A DNA stretch of 64,000 nucleotides from Macrostomum lignano (lineage: Eukaryota), in contig NIVC01000847.1 in assembly GCA_002269645.1 (NCBI GenBank), forward strand, positions 62,001-126,000, written 5' to 3'. Below, in pieces: positions 1 through 13,666 of the stretch; within the stretch, counting starts at the first letter, position 1; each line of letters opens with the position of its first letter. The notes beneath the pieces are model-generated. The model ran no database searches, had not been told where the DNA came from, and was given only the letters and a program-made list of their open reading frames with translations. The translations under genes and the position numbers were made by a program.

Positions 1-226
<226 letters not shown>

Positions 227-408
227 TAGGGAATGGGGCAACATTTGCACTCTTTGTTTACTAGTGTCAATTTATTAGTCTTGATAGTAGTCTTAGTAAG
301 CATAAGTGTTGACCCGTTGAAGGCGCTACCGTGTCAAGAAGTATCAATAATTGTATAATTTGTAGCCATTTTTGGGATTTCAATCCTTCTGTCAATTGTC
401 AAGTATGA

Positions 409-1032
<624 letters not shown>

Positions 1033-1972
1033 TAGGTTATGACCTAGTTTATATACTCAACAACATTTAAAAGTGCGCAGTAAATTCTAGGTCGGTATCG
1101 ACTTTGAGCATACATGCGCCACCCCACTGATCTACACTGGTCATGCGACTTATTTTTTTTACCAAAAATGTGACTTACCTGAAAAAGAAACGCAATTTTG
1201 GGTAAACGGCAGGAGTAACTATAAATGTCTTTATTAAGATAAATGCCTCGTCACCTAATTAGTACTATCCTATTCTTTCGGGTGGGCGTTTTTATGCGAC
1301 TTACCCCTGGTCCACCACAATTCACGGTGACCGGTTCGGCCAGGTCAGCTAGCAGTTGCGCATGTATGCTTTTAAGTGACGCAACTTTTGCCACACCTTT
1401 TGCCACGGGTGAGGAGAGATTGGGAAGAGCGGAGGGCAAAGATTGGATTAATTGAAGCTTTTTAAATATCAAAATGGTTGGCCAGGTGATAGACGCTAGT
1501 CGAAAGACACTGCTTACTGGGGCAAAGGATGGCGACTTTTCAATGTTGCTGAGTGTAAATATATTCAAGACAACCAGATTTTTCTAATCTCTATTATGAA
1601 GATTAGCTTCATATTCTCTGCTCGCTACTAAGTCAGTAAGCTATCTCTGTTATAATGCACTGTGCAACAAGTCTGTTGCAAAAGCTGAGGCATGGCCATG
1701 GGTGTTTGGCCAGACCGTGCGCTACTGTCTCTTGAGCTGCTCTCGGTCTTGGCTGGTCGCGTCTCGGTAAGCAATCAACTTTAATCATTTTACTTGCTTT
1801 GCTGCCTATTCGTGACTGAATCAGGATTTTCGAGCAATTTGAGACCAGATTTGATGAGGCAATTATTTATTTACAATTGCGCTTGCTCTGTCACCATCTC
1901 CTCGGTTCTATCAGCTTAAAATTTAAGTTTGATAGTTCTGTTAAGATTGCTGCATCATTGAATAGCCTGCTA

Positions 1973-2610
1973 AGGTTGCAGCAGCCTGCCACGCGGTTTC
2001 AGGTGGGTTGCAGCAGCCTGCCACAAATTTTCAGGAAGGTTGCAGCAGCCTGCCACAAATTTTCAGGTGGGTTGCAGCAGCCTGCCACAAATTTTCAGGA
2101 AGGTTGCAGCAGCCTGCCACAAATTTTCAGGTGGGTTGCAGCAGCCTGCCACACGATTTCAGGTGGGTTACAGCAGCCTGCCACACGGTTTCAGGTGGGT
2201 TGCAGCAGCCTACCACACGGTTTCAGGTGGGTTGCAGCAGCCTGCCACACGATTTCAGGTGGGTTACAGCAGCCTGCCACATGGTTTCAGTGTGGGTTGC
2301 AGCAGCCTACCACACGGTTTCAGGTGGGTTGCAGCCTACCACACGGTTTCAGGTGGGTTACAGCAGCCTGCCACGCGGTTTCAGTGTGGGTTGCAGCAGC
2401 CTACCGCACGGTTCAGGTGGGTTGCAGCAGCCTACCGCACGGTTTCAGGTGGGTTGCAGCAGCCTACCGCGCGGTTTCAGGTGGGTTGCAGCAGCCTGCC
2501 ACACGGTTTCAGTGTGGGTTGCAGCAGCCTGCCACACGGATTCAGGTGGGTTGCAGCAGCCTGCCACACGGTTTCAGTGTGGGTTGCAGCAGCCTGCCAC
2601 ACGATTTCAC
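1973..2610. repeat. 32-bp minisatellite (GGGTTGCAGCAGCCTGCCACACGGTTTCAGGT), DDX5 intron
   Basis: Direct tandem units, period 32. Confidence 0.95.
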
Positions 2611-3469
2611 GTGGTTTCTGCAAGAGGGCTTTGTCATAAAACTGTTGCAATCGTTTTTCAATAAATAGATAACACTGGCAGATAATACAATCAGTTGTTA
2701 TTGTATCAAACACTGTACGCTCGTATGTATATTGAAGTATAGTACGGCATAATATAAGTATGCAGTATAGGCAATGTCACTCAGGCATACTGGTTGTTGA
2801 CTGTTGCATGCGTGCAGTAGCAGCAGCGTTGGCTGAAGCAGCAAAGAGCAGTCAGCGGCAGCAGAGACAGGGATGCAGGAAAATCCACAGATTGCGGCCG
2901 ATTGAGCGCACGGATGGACTTGGCCGGCGTGTGTTTTTTAATTATCATATTTAAAATCAATTACGGGTCAACCTGCAACTCCTGTCGGCTGCCCTGAGTC
3001 GCTGCTCTTCCCTGCTGTGCTCTGCGCCGACGCCTCCGCCTTGAATCGTCGCTGCCAGCCGTCTAAGCTGTCGCGATGAATAAATAAAACAAGGATGGGG
3101 CCAGTGCAGCACAGCACAGCAGCCGCCTCCAGTGACATTTTTAAATATTGCCATAACGCGTAAGTGTTATTTTTGTGTGCGGCAATATTTTTTTAGTATC
3201 GATTGAAATACTGCTTGTTAAACAATTCTGGCTGGCTATTCTTCCATAGTTAGACGATTTTCGTGTCCGATGGAAGAGCACGCCAGACTGAGCTCGGCTG
3301 TAAAAAATTGTTTAAAGAAAATTAAAATTTAAATAATCCTGTTTTCTAAGAATTATCCTGTCCTGTCAATCTCTAAGATTCGACCATGGTAATGTACTCT
3401 TTAAAAATCGCATATAATTAACCCACCTTTTCTTAGGGATTAATCCTCGATTAATTCTTCTTCATAACA

Positions 3470-4450
3470 ATCATCCTCGATTGATCCCTATTTATAACAA
3501 TCGCCCAAGATGGAACCTCTCTCTAAGAATCGTCTACAATCGATTACTCTCTTGCGGTTGCCCAAGATCAACTCCTATTTCCAAGAATCGTCTATGATCG
3601 ATCCCTCTTTCTAAGAATCGTCCGGAATTGATCCCTCTTTCTAAGAATCGTCAACGATCGATCCCTCTTTCTAAGAATCTTCCATGATCGATCCCTCTTT
3701 CTAAGAATCGTCAACGATCGATCCCTCTTTCTAAGAATCTTCCATGATCGATCCCTCTTTCTAAGAATCTTCCATGATCGATCCCTCTTTCTAAGAATCG
3801 TCCAGGATTGATCCCTCTTTCTAAGAATCGTTAACAATCGATCCCTCTTTCTAAGAATCGTTAACAATCGATCCCTCTTTCTAAGAATCGTCAACGATCG
3901 ATCCCTCTTTCTAAGAATCTTCCATGATCGATCCCTCTTTCTAAGAATCGTCAACGATCGATCCCTCTTTCTAAGAATCTTCCATGATCGATCCCTCTTT
4001 CTAAGAATCTTCCATGATCGATCCCTCTTTCTAAGAATCGTCCAGGATTGATCCCTCTTTCTAAGAATCGTTAACAATCGATCCCTCTTTCTAAGAATCG
4101 TCCAGGATCGATCCCTTTCCTAACAATCATCCTCGATCGATCCCTGTTTTTAACAATCGTCCAAGATGGACACCTCTGTCTAAGTATCGTCTACAATCGA
4201 TTACTCTCTTACAGTTGCCCAAGATCAACTATTTCTAAGAATCGTCCAATATCGATCCCTCTTTCTAAGAATCGTCCATGATCGATACCTCTCTAAGAAT
4301 AGTCCAAGATCTCCTATTTCTAAGAATCGTCCATGATCATTCCTGTTTCTAAGAATCTTCCATGATCGATTCCTATTTCTAAGAATCGCCCAATATCAAC
4401 TCTTATCTTTAGGAACTGCCCGTGATCGATCTCTCTTTCTAAGAATCGCC
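3470..4450. repeat. 30-bp minisatellite (GATCGATCCCTCTTTCTAAGAATCTTCCAT), DDX5 intron
   Basis: Homogeneous core about 3590-4110, degenerate flanks. Confidence 0.95.
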
Positions 4451-4829
4451 CAAGATTCACCCATCAATTCGATAAAGTCCGCTCAAACTGAATCGCAAAG
4501 TTCTTCCATTATGAAGAGACCAATTCAAGCTTGAATGTTTATCTGGACACAAGCTCGTGAAAATTTACGTTTTTAGAATTAGATTAAAAATTTTGACATC
4601 AAAGCGCAATCAATCGTACATGTACATCATTATATTATTTCATCAGTTGCCTGTAGCCGCAATGCAAAGCACTGAATGTACATAGGTATTGCTTATTTTT
4701 AAGCTGTTAGCTTGCCGTTCGTTCTGCGTGTTCCTCTATCGATCGGCACTGATAGCTCACCTTTCTGCTGTCGCTACTCATTCTATTAGCTAGTGTTTAA
4801 CGGTTTAGACGCTAGAGTGTGAAACTAAA

Positions 4830-5215
4830 GCTCTGATCTTGTGAAACTGGAGCTCTGATCTTGTGAAACTGGAGCTCTGATCTTGTGAAACTGAAGCTCT
4901 GTTCTTGTGAAACTGGAGCTCTAATCTTGTGAAACTGACAATCTGATCTTGTGAAACTGAAGCTGTGATCTTGTGAAACTGAAGCTGTGATCTTGTGAAA
5001 CTGAAGCTGTGATCTTGTGAAACTGAAGCTGTGATCTTGTGAAACTGAAGCTGTGATCTTGTGAAACTGAAGCTGTGATCTTGTGAAACTCGAGCTCTGG
5101 TCTTGTGAAACTGAAGCTGTGACCTTGTGAAACTCGAGCTCTGGTCTTGTGAAACTGAAGCTGTGACCTTGTGAAAGTTGAGCTCTGATCTTGTGAAACT
5201 GAATCTCTGATCTTG
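4830..5215. repeat. 22-bp minisatellite (TGTGATCTTGTGAAACTGAAGC), DDX5 intron
   Basis: Direct tandem units, period 22. Confidence 0.95.
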
Positions 5216-5358
5216 TGATGCAGGCCCTGTACCCACTTTTACTCTATTGAATCGCAACGCTCGATAAAAATAATCACTTCAGGGGAATTTTCGCCCGCAC
5301 AAATTGGTATACAATATTTAATAATTCATTAGGCATAACATACTCCCGCTTACCGCAG

Positions 5359-5592
5359 ACATTGACGACATTGCCGCCGTTGTGAACGTCGACTTTCCCA
5401 ACCAGCTGGAGGACTACATTCATCGGATTGGCCGGACAGCTCGCAGTCACAAGAGCGGCACTTCTTATAGTTTTATTACTAATAAGCACATGAAACTGGC
5501 CAAGGAACTGATTAGCATACTGCAGCAGGCCAAGCAGGAGGTTAATCCTAAGCTATTCAATCTCTGTGGCGCTAGTCAGGACTTTATGAGAG
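5359..5592 (+). CDS. DDX5: DDX5/DDX17 helicase exon (motif VI)
   Basis: Acceptor TACCGCAG|AC gives [42 protein letters not shown]...KELISILQQAKQEVNPKL; donor AGAG|GTAATT at 5593, phase 1. Confidence 0.93.
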
Positions 5593-5654
5593 GTAATTGG
5601 AGTTTGCAGTTTTATTTATTGGTATAGTTATCATAACACTTCAGCCCAAATACC

Positions 5655-7195
5655 ATTGTTAGATGTCCTTGATCTTCGTTGTTAGATGTCCTTGATCTTC
5701 ATTGTTAGATGTCCTGATCTTCATTGCTAGATGTCCTTGATCTTCATTGTTAGATGTCCTTGATCTTCATTGCTAGATGTCCTGATCTTCATTGCTAGAT
5801 GTCCTTGATCTTCATTGTTAGATGTCCTTGATCTTCATTGCTAGATGTCCTGATCTTCATTGTTAGATGTCCTTGATCTTCATTGCTAGATGTCCTGATC
5901 TTCATTGTTAGATGTCCTGATCTTCATTGTTAGATGTCCTGATCTTCATTGTTAGATGTCCTTGATCTTCATTGTTAGATGTCCTGATCTTCATTGCTAA
6001 ATGTCCTTGATCTTCATTGTTAGATGTCCTGATCTTCATTGTTAGATGTCCTTGATCTTCATTGTTAGATGTCCTGATCTTCATTGCTAGATGTCCTTGA
6101 TCTTCATTGCTAGATGTCCTTGATCTTCATTGTTAGATGTCCTTGATCTTCATTGTTAGATGTCCTTGATCTTCATTGCTAGATGTCCTTGATCTTCATC
6201 GTTAGATGTCCTTGATCTTCATTGTTAGATGTCCTTGATCTTCATTGCTAGATGTCCTTGATCTTCATTGCTAGATGTCCTTGATCTTCATTGCTAGATG
6301 TCCTTGATCTTCATTGTTAGATGTTCTTGATCTTCATTGCTAGATGTCCTTGATCTTCATTGTTAGATGTCCTTGATCTTCATTGTTAGATGTCCTTGAT
6401 CTTCATTGCTAGATGTCCTTGATCTTCATTGCTAGATGTCCTTGATCTTCATTGCTAGATGTCCTTGATCTTCATTGCTAGATGTCCTTGATCTTCATTG
6501 TTAGATGTCCTTGATCTTCATTGTTAGATGTCCTTGATCTTCATTGCTAGATGTTCTTGATCTTCATTGCTAGATGTCCTTGATCTTCATCGTTAGATGT
6601 CCTTGATCTTCATTGTTGATGTCCTGATCTTCATTGCTAGATGTCCTTGATCTTCATTGTTAGATGTCCTTGATCTTCATCGTTAGATGTTCTTGATTTT
6701 CATTGTTAGATGTCCTTGATCTTCATTGTTAGATGTCCTGATCTTCATTGTTAGATGTCCTTGATCTTCATTGTTAGATGTCCTTGATATTCATTGTTAG
6801 ATGTCCTTGATCTTCATCGTTAGATGTTCTTGATTTTCATTGCTAGATGTCCTTGATCTTCATTGCTAGATGTCCTTGATCTTCATTGTTAGATGTCCTT
6901 GATCTTCATTGCTAGATGTCCTTGATCTTCATTGTTAGATGTCCTTGATCTTCATTGTTAGATGTCCTTGATCTTCATTGTTAGATGTCCTTGATCTTCA
7001 TTGCTAGATGTCCTTGATCTTCATTGTTAGATGTCCTTGATCTTCATTGTTAGATGTCCTTGATCTTCATTGTTAGATGTCCTTGTTCTTCATTACTAGA
7101 TGTCCTTGATCTTCATTGTTAGATGTCCTTGATCTTCATTGTTAGATGTCCTTGATCTTCATTGCTAGATGTCCTTGATCTTCATTGCTAGATAT
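5655..7195. repeat. 23-bp minisatellite (TGTTAGATGTCCTTGATCTTCAT), DDX5 last intron
   Basis: Direct tandem units, period 22-23. Confidence 0.95.
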
Positions 7196-7660
7196 CCTCA
7201 ATCCCATTGCTAGATATCCTCAATCCCATTGCTAGATATCCTCAATCCATTGCTAGATATCCTCAATCCATTGCTAGATATCCTCAATCTCCATTGCTAG
7301 ATATCCTCAATCCCATTGCTAGATATCCTCAATCCATTGCTAGATATCCTCAATCTCCATTACTAGATATCCTCAATCCCATTGCTAGATATCCTCAATC
7401 TCCATTACTAGATATTCTCAATCCCATTACTAGATATCCTCAATCCCATTACTAGATATCCTCAATCTCCATTACTAGATATTCTCAATCCCATTACTAG
7501 ATATTCTCAATCCCATTACTAGATATCCTCAATCCCATTACTAGATATCCTCAATCCCATTGCTAGATATCCTCAATCCCATTACTAGATATCCTCAATC
7601 CCATTGCTAGATATCCTCAATCCCATTACTAGATATCCTCAATCCCATTGCTAGATATCA
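7186..7660. repeat. 21-23-bp minisatellite (ATTGCTAGATATCCTCAATCCC), derivative of the preceding array
   Basis: Abuts the 23-bp array and shares ATTGCTAGATRTCCT. Confidence 0.9.
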
Positions 7661-7714
7661 TTAGTCTTCATTAGCAGATATGATAGCTAATAAATAACAA
7701 TGATAACCTTGCAG

Positions 7715-8199
7715 CTAAGGGTCAGCACGGACGCCGCTACGGAGGAGGCGGTGGTGGTGCCGGAGGCGGCTACGGCGGAGGCTACGGCGGCGCTGCTAAT
7801 CGTTCAGCCGCTCCGCCTGCCGCCGCCGCCGCCGCTCCCGCTGCTGCCGCCGCGCCCTACAGCTACGGCGCCCAGCCAGCCGCCAGCTATTCTAACGGCA
7901 GCGCCGGCGCCGGCTACAACGCCGCTCAGCAGCCGCAGCCTCTGATGCGTGGCCAGGGGGCTTCGGCGCCGTCGGCAAATTCGACAACTTCAGCTGCTGT
8001 AGCCGCCGCCGCTGCCGCTCTAGAGAAGCGCATTAACAATGGCGGCTATCAGCAGCAGCAGCAGCAGAGTATTGGAGCTGCTTTGCCGCAGCCCACGCAG
8101 CCGCAGCATGGCGGAGGCTACCAAGGTTGGAGCGCCGCCGCCGCTGCGAATCCGGCGCCTCAGCAGCCGCAGAACTGGCCTGGTCAGCGTTGGAACTAA
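7715..8199 (+). CDS. DDX5: DDX5/DDX17 helicase last exon, Gly/Tyr/Ala/Gln-rich low-complexity tail
   Basis: Acceptor CCTTGCAG|CT in matching phase 1; reads AKGQHGRRYGGGGGGAGGGYGGGYGG...QQQQQQ...NWPGQRWN*, in frame with ORF 7945-8199; AATAAA at 8493 and 8578. Confidence 0.8.
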
Positions 8200-8492
8200 G
8201 CTGCCCAGTTCGCGGTCCGATCTGATGAAGAGGGGTGGGGGTGTGTGTGTGTGTGTGGACAGCGAAGTTGTCAGCAATACATTTCCGTTTTAATTAACTA
8301 GTGTTATCTCTCCGTGTGTGTATGTGTTTTTCATGTGTTTAAAATCGGCAATGAAGTCCCTATTAGCCCAGTGACTTTGCTGCAGAGTAATAATATAAAG
8401 ATCGGGCGGGAGCTCTTTTTAAAACTATATAAATAAGTTTCACTCTATATATACTACTAATTCTATTTTTAGTTGTCACGTGACGCCCAGCT

Positions 8493-8583
8493 AATAAACG
8501 TTTTATATTAAATATTATATTATAAGTGTCGTCTGTTTATCATGTTCTATTATCTATAATTGTTCTGTTTCTTTTTAAATAAA
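8493..8583 (+). terminator. Candidate poly(A) signals of the DDX5-like gene
   Basis: AATAAA at 8493-8498 and 8578-8583, 300-380 nt after the stop; T-rich tract follows the second. Confidence 0.5.
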
Positions 8584-8585
8584 AA

Positions 8586-8640
8586 ATACTAATTTAGTAC
8601 ATTTTTATGTTTGTTTATTAATCAAGTTTTCCTTGCTTAG
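8586..8640 (+). promoter_or_regulatory. Unpaired 3' splice acceptor (candidate SL trans-splice site) upstream of the Scm-like gene
   Basis: TACTAAT branch-like motif (8587-8593), T-rich tract, TTTTCCTTGCTTAG| ending at 8640; sequence switches from AT-rich to GC-rich at 8641. Confidence 0.45.
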
Positions 8641-8696
8641 GAACTTCTCCTGTCGCCCCAGCCGCCGCCGTCGTCGCCTGCAAGTGTTGCAGTCTT

Positions 8697-8712
8697 ATGT
8701 CAGCAAAACTAG
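8697..8712 (+). CDS. Scm: Scm-like gene, putative first coding micro-exon (MSAKL)
   Basis: ATG TCA GCA AAA CTA G|GTGAAA; phase 1 matches the acceptor at 10590 and gives MSAKL-V-KRLKR without a stop. Alternative start is the in-frame ATG near 10629. Confidence 0.5.
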
Positions 8713-8899
8713 GTGAAACTTTGATAATAACTGAATCTAACAACAATAGTAATAAAATAAAATAATAATATGCGTCAACAACAAGGGAAACAATGATCCG
8801 TTCGTTGTGTAATTTGTGTTCGCCTGTGTCTTCTTTCTGATGCAATCGCCTTTTTATTAGTGTAGCTGGGAATTTGGTTGGCCTTAAGCATTGCTTACT

Positions 8900-10420
8900 G
8901 TGTCTGCGTGCCCTGTCTGTGTGTCTGTCTCCTATCTGTGTGTGTCTGTCCCCTATCTGTGTGTGTCTGTCTCCTATCTGTGTGTGTCTGTCCCTATCTG
9001 TGTGTGTCTGTCTCCTATCTGTGTGTGTCTGTCCCCTATCTGTGTGTGTCTGCGTGCCCTCTCTGTGTGTCTGTCCCTATCTGTGTGTGTCTGTCCCCTA
9101 TCTGTGTGTGTCTGCGTGCCCTCTCTGTGTGTCTGTCTCCTATCTGTGTGTGTCTGTCTCCTATCTGTGTGTGTCTGTCCCCTATCTGTGTGTGTCTGCG
9201 TGCCCTCTCTGTGTGTCTGTCCCTATCTGTGTGTGTCTGTCCCCTATCTGTGTGTGTCTGCGTGCCCTCTCTGTGTGTCTGTCTCCTATCTGTGTGTGTC
9301 TGTCCCCTATCTGTGTGTGTCTGCGTGCCCTCTCTGTGTGTCTGTCCCTATCTGTGTGTGTCTGTCCCCTATCTGTGTGTGTCTGCGTGCCCTCTCTGTG
9401 TGTCTGTCCCTATCTGTGTGTGTCTGTCCCCTATCTGTGTGTGTCTGTCCCCTATCTGTGTGTGTCTGCGTGCCCTCTCTGTGTGTCTGTCTCCTATCTG
9501 TGTGTGTCTGTCCCCTATCTGTGTGTGTCTGCGTGCCCTCTCTGTGTGTCTGTCCCTATCTGTGTGTGTCTGTCCCCTATCTGTGTGTGTCTGCGTGCCC
9601 TCTCTGTGTGTCTGTCTCCTATCTGTGTGTGTCTGTCCCCTATCTGTGTGTGTCTGCGTGCCCTCTCTGTGTGTCTGTCCCTATCTGTGTGTGTCTGTCC
9701 CCTATCTGTGTGTGTCTGTCCCCTATCTGTGTGTGTCTGTCCCCTATCTGTGTGTGTCTGTCCCCTATCTGTGTGTGTCTGTCCCCTATCTGTGTGTGTC
9801 TGTCCCCTATCTGTGTGTGTCTGCGTGCCCTCTCTGTGTGTCTGTCTCCTATCTGTGTGTGTCTGTCCCCTATCTGTGTGTGTCTGCGTGCCCTCTCTGT
9901 GTGTCTGTCCCTATCTGTGTGTGTCTGTCCCCTATCTGTGTGTGTCTGTCCCCTATCTGTGTGTGTCTGTCCCTATCTGTGTGTGTGTCTGTTCTCTATC
10001 TGTGTGTGTCTGTCCCTATCTGTGTGTGTCTGTCCCCTATCTGTGTGTGTCTGTCCCCTATCTGTGTGTGTCTGTCCCTATCTGTGTGTCTGTTCTCTAT
10101 CTGTGTGTGTCTGTTCTCTATCTGTGTGTGTCTGTCCCCTATCTGTGTGTGTCTGTCTCCTATCTGTGTGTGTCTGTCCCCTATCTGTGTGTGTCTGTCC
10201 CCTATCTGTGTGTGTCTGTCCCCTATCTGTGTGTCCCTATTTCTGTGTCTGACTTCTATATCTGTGTCTGTCCCCTATCTCTGTCTGTTTGTACCCTAAA
10301 TCAATGTGTCTGTCCCCTATCTCTGTCTGTCTGTACCCTAAATCAATGTGTCTGTCCCCTAAATCAATGTGTCTGTCCCCTAAATCAATGTGTCTGTCCC
10401 CTATCCCTGTGTATCTGCCC
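8900..10420. repeat. 21-bp minisatellite (CTGTCCCCTATCTGTGTGTGT and variants), Scm intron 1
   Basis: Tandem units; source of the Cys/Val/Leu pseudo-ORFs 8874-10442. Confidence 0.95.
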
Positions 10421-10442
10421 TTCTGATTATAAAAGACTCTAA

Positions 10443-11432
<990 letters not shown>

Positions 11433-11552
11433 TAACATCAAACCCCAGGTTTATTCATTGTCCGGCCATATTAATTTGGCCTTCAATTGAAACATAAGGA
11501 ACTGAGCTTACACGAAATCGCCAACAGCCTCTCATCCACGCCAATCTCTCAG

Positions 11553-12215
11553 TGCCGCCCCTGGGCTACGCCAAGTCCATGAGCACCTGGCCTGCTTTCC
11601 TGGCCCGCATCGAGGCTGCCGGCAACTTCGCCCCGGCCGCCTGTTTCAAGCGGCCACCACCGGCTCCGGCCAGGAACACGTTCGCGCCCGGCCAGCGACT
11701 CGAGGCCGTCGATCGGAAGCATCCGCAGCTGGTCTGTCCGGCCACTGTCCGGGACATCCGGCAGGACCGGTTGCACGTCTCCTTTGACGGCTGGCGCGGC
11801 GCGTTCGATTATTGGTGCCGCTACGATAGTAGGGATATTTTCCCTGTCGGCTGGTGCTCGGCCGCCGGCTATCCGGTGCAGCCGCCCGGCTCCTCCGTCT
11901 CCTATTCGCCAACTACTACTACTAATAATACTACTAGTACAAGTAGTAGTAGTCGATTCCAGTCCAACCGAAACAAAGTCAAACAGGCGTCTGGCGCGTC
12001 CGGCGTCTCCACGGCGTCGCCGTCCGCCTTCTCGGACAGATCCTCGTCCGCTGGCAGTCCGCCGCCGCCGCCGCCGCCGCCTCAGCCGGCGCTGCAGTCC
12101 AATCCCGACAATGACGATGTTTCTATTGTTAATGAGGCGGATCAATCTGTAGCAGTTTCAGCGCACGCACCGGTGTTAGTAACTGAGTCTGAAGAGGATG
12201 CTGCGGAGCCCGATT
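11553..12215 (+). CDS. Scm: Scm-like protein, MBT repeat 2 plus Ser/Thr/Pro-rich linker exon
   Basis: Acceptor TCTCTCAG|TG; PPLGY...WPAFL...GQRLEAVDRKHPQLVCPATV...LHVSFDGWRGAFDYWCRYDSRDIFPVGWC...VQPPG; donor GATT|GTGAGT at 12216, phase 1. Confidence 0.93.
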
Positions 12216-12267
12216 GTGAGTTTTGTATTTATTTTTTCTCTCAAACCACTCGTATTTTGTATTTTTG

Positions 12268-13368
12268 ATCGGTCATTAAGCTTGGCTTCCCTATTGTCAT
12301 TGGGTCCCTCTCATCGGTCATTAAGCTTGGCTTCCCTATTGTCATTGGGTCGGGTCCCTCTAATCGGTCATTAAGCTTGGCTTCCCTATTGTCATTGGGT
12401 CCCTCTCATCGGTCATTAAGCTTGGCTTCCCTATTGTCATTGGGTCCCTCTCATCGGTCATTAAGCTTGGCTTCCCTATTGTCATTGGGTCCCTCTCATC
12501 GGTCATTAAGCTTGGCTTCCCTATTGTCATTGGGTCCCTCTCATCGGTCATTAAGCTTGGCTTCCCTATTGTCATTGGGTCCCTCTCATCGGTCATTAAG
12601 CTTGGCTTCTCTATTGTCATTGGGTCCATGCTTGGGCGCAACCTTGGGATTCACCCGGCCGTTTCTATTGGCAACACACGCATGTAAGTCGCTATTGGCT
12701 GAGAGCAGTCACGTGACTACTGTTCTGTCCAATAGCGACTTACATGCGTGTGTTGCCAATAGAAACGGCCGAGTGAATCCCAAAGTTGCGCATGTATGAT
12801 TGGGTCCCTCTAATCGGTCATTAAGCTTGGCTTCCCTATTGTCATTGGGTCCCTCTCATCGGTCATTAAGCTTGGCTTCCCTATTGTCATTGGGTCCCTC
12901 TAATCGGTCATTAAGCTTGGCTTCCCTATGGTCATTGGGTCCCTCTCATCGGTCATTAAGCTTGGCTTCCCTATTGTCATTGGGTCCCTCTCATCGGTCA
13001 TTAAGCTTGGCTTCTCTATTGTCATTGGGTCCCTCTCATCGGTCATTAAGCTTGGCTTCCCTATTGTCATTGGGTCCCTCTCATCGGTCATTAAGCTTGG
13101 CTTCCCTATTGTCATTGGGTCCCTCTCATCGGTCATTAAGCTTGGCTTCCCTATTGTCATTGGGTCCCTCTCATCGGTCATTAAGCTTGGCTTCCCTATT
13201 GTCATTGGGTCCCTCTAATCGGTCATTAAGCTTGGCTTCCCTATTGTCATTGGGTCCCTCTCATCGGTCATTAAGCTTGGCTTCCCTATTGTCATTGGGT
13301 CCCTCTCATCGGTCATTAAGCTTGGCTTCCCTATTGTCATTGGGTCCCTCTAATCGGTCATTAAGCTC
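12268..13368. repeat. 45-bp minisatellite (TCGGTCATTAAGCTTGGCTTCCCTATTGTCATTGGGTCCCTCTCA), Scm intron 3
   Basis: Highly homogeneous units, interrupted once by the 172-bp MITE. Confidence 0.95.
12627..12798. mobile_element. 172-bp palindromic MITE (hAT-like) inserted in a 45-bp minisatellite
   Basis: About 63-bp inverted arms (12636 onward vs ending 12791) with 2 mismatches; centre AGTCACGTGACT; termini CAT...ATG; 8-bp TSD ATTGGGTC at 12619-12626 and 12799-12806. Confidence 0.85.
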
Positions 13369-13415
13369 AGCTTCCAAGCCACATCATTCCCAAACCTCCC
13401 GGTTGCTTTCCGCAG

Positions 13416-13666
13416 CCGACATGTCCGGCTGGTCCAATGCTGAGGTCAGTCGCGGCCTCCGCTATTGGCGCCTGTCAGAGCTGGCGCCGCTGCTTCAGCG
13501 CCACTCTGTCGACGGCCTGGCGCTTCAATCGCTGACCGCGGACACCCTGGTGCTGGGCATGGGCGCCAGGGTCGGCCCAGCGCTCAAACTGGTCAGCCGA
13601 GTTGAGAGAGCTCGCCGACGCCAGAATCTGTTGCGCTGTCTGCGAGCTCTGCACAGAAATTCCTGA
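13416..13666 (+). CDS. Scm: Scm-like protein, SAM (SPM) domain, last exon
   Basis: Acceptor CTTTCCGCAG|CC in phase 1; DMSGWSNAEV...LLQRHSVDGLALQSLTADTLVLGMGARVGPALKL is a Scm/Ph-type SAM; stop at 13664-13666. Four exons total 1287 nt = 428 aa. Confidence 0.88.

Noticed and set aside
8874-10442. Long Cys/Val/Leu-rich ORFs (453-522 aa) in three frames
   Set aside because: Translations of the 21-bp intronic minisatellite; open in all frames and no unique sequence.
12800-13415. ORF extending the SAM domain upstream through 15-aa repeats
   Set aside because: The 45-bp array is stop-free in this frame by chance; a good phase-compatible acceptor exists at 13415 and the ORF has no ATG start.
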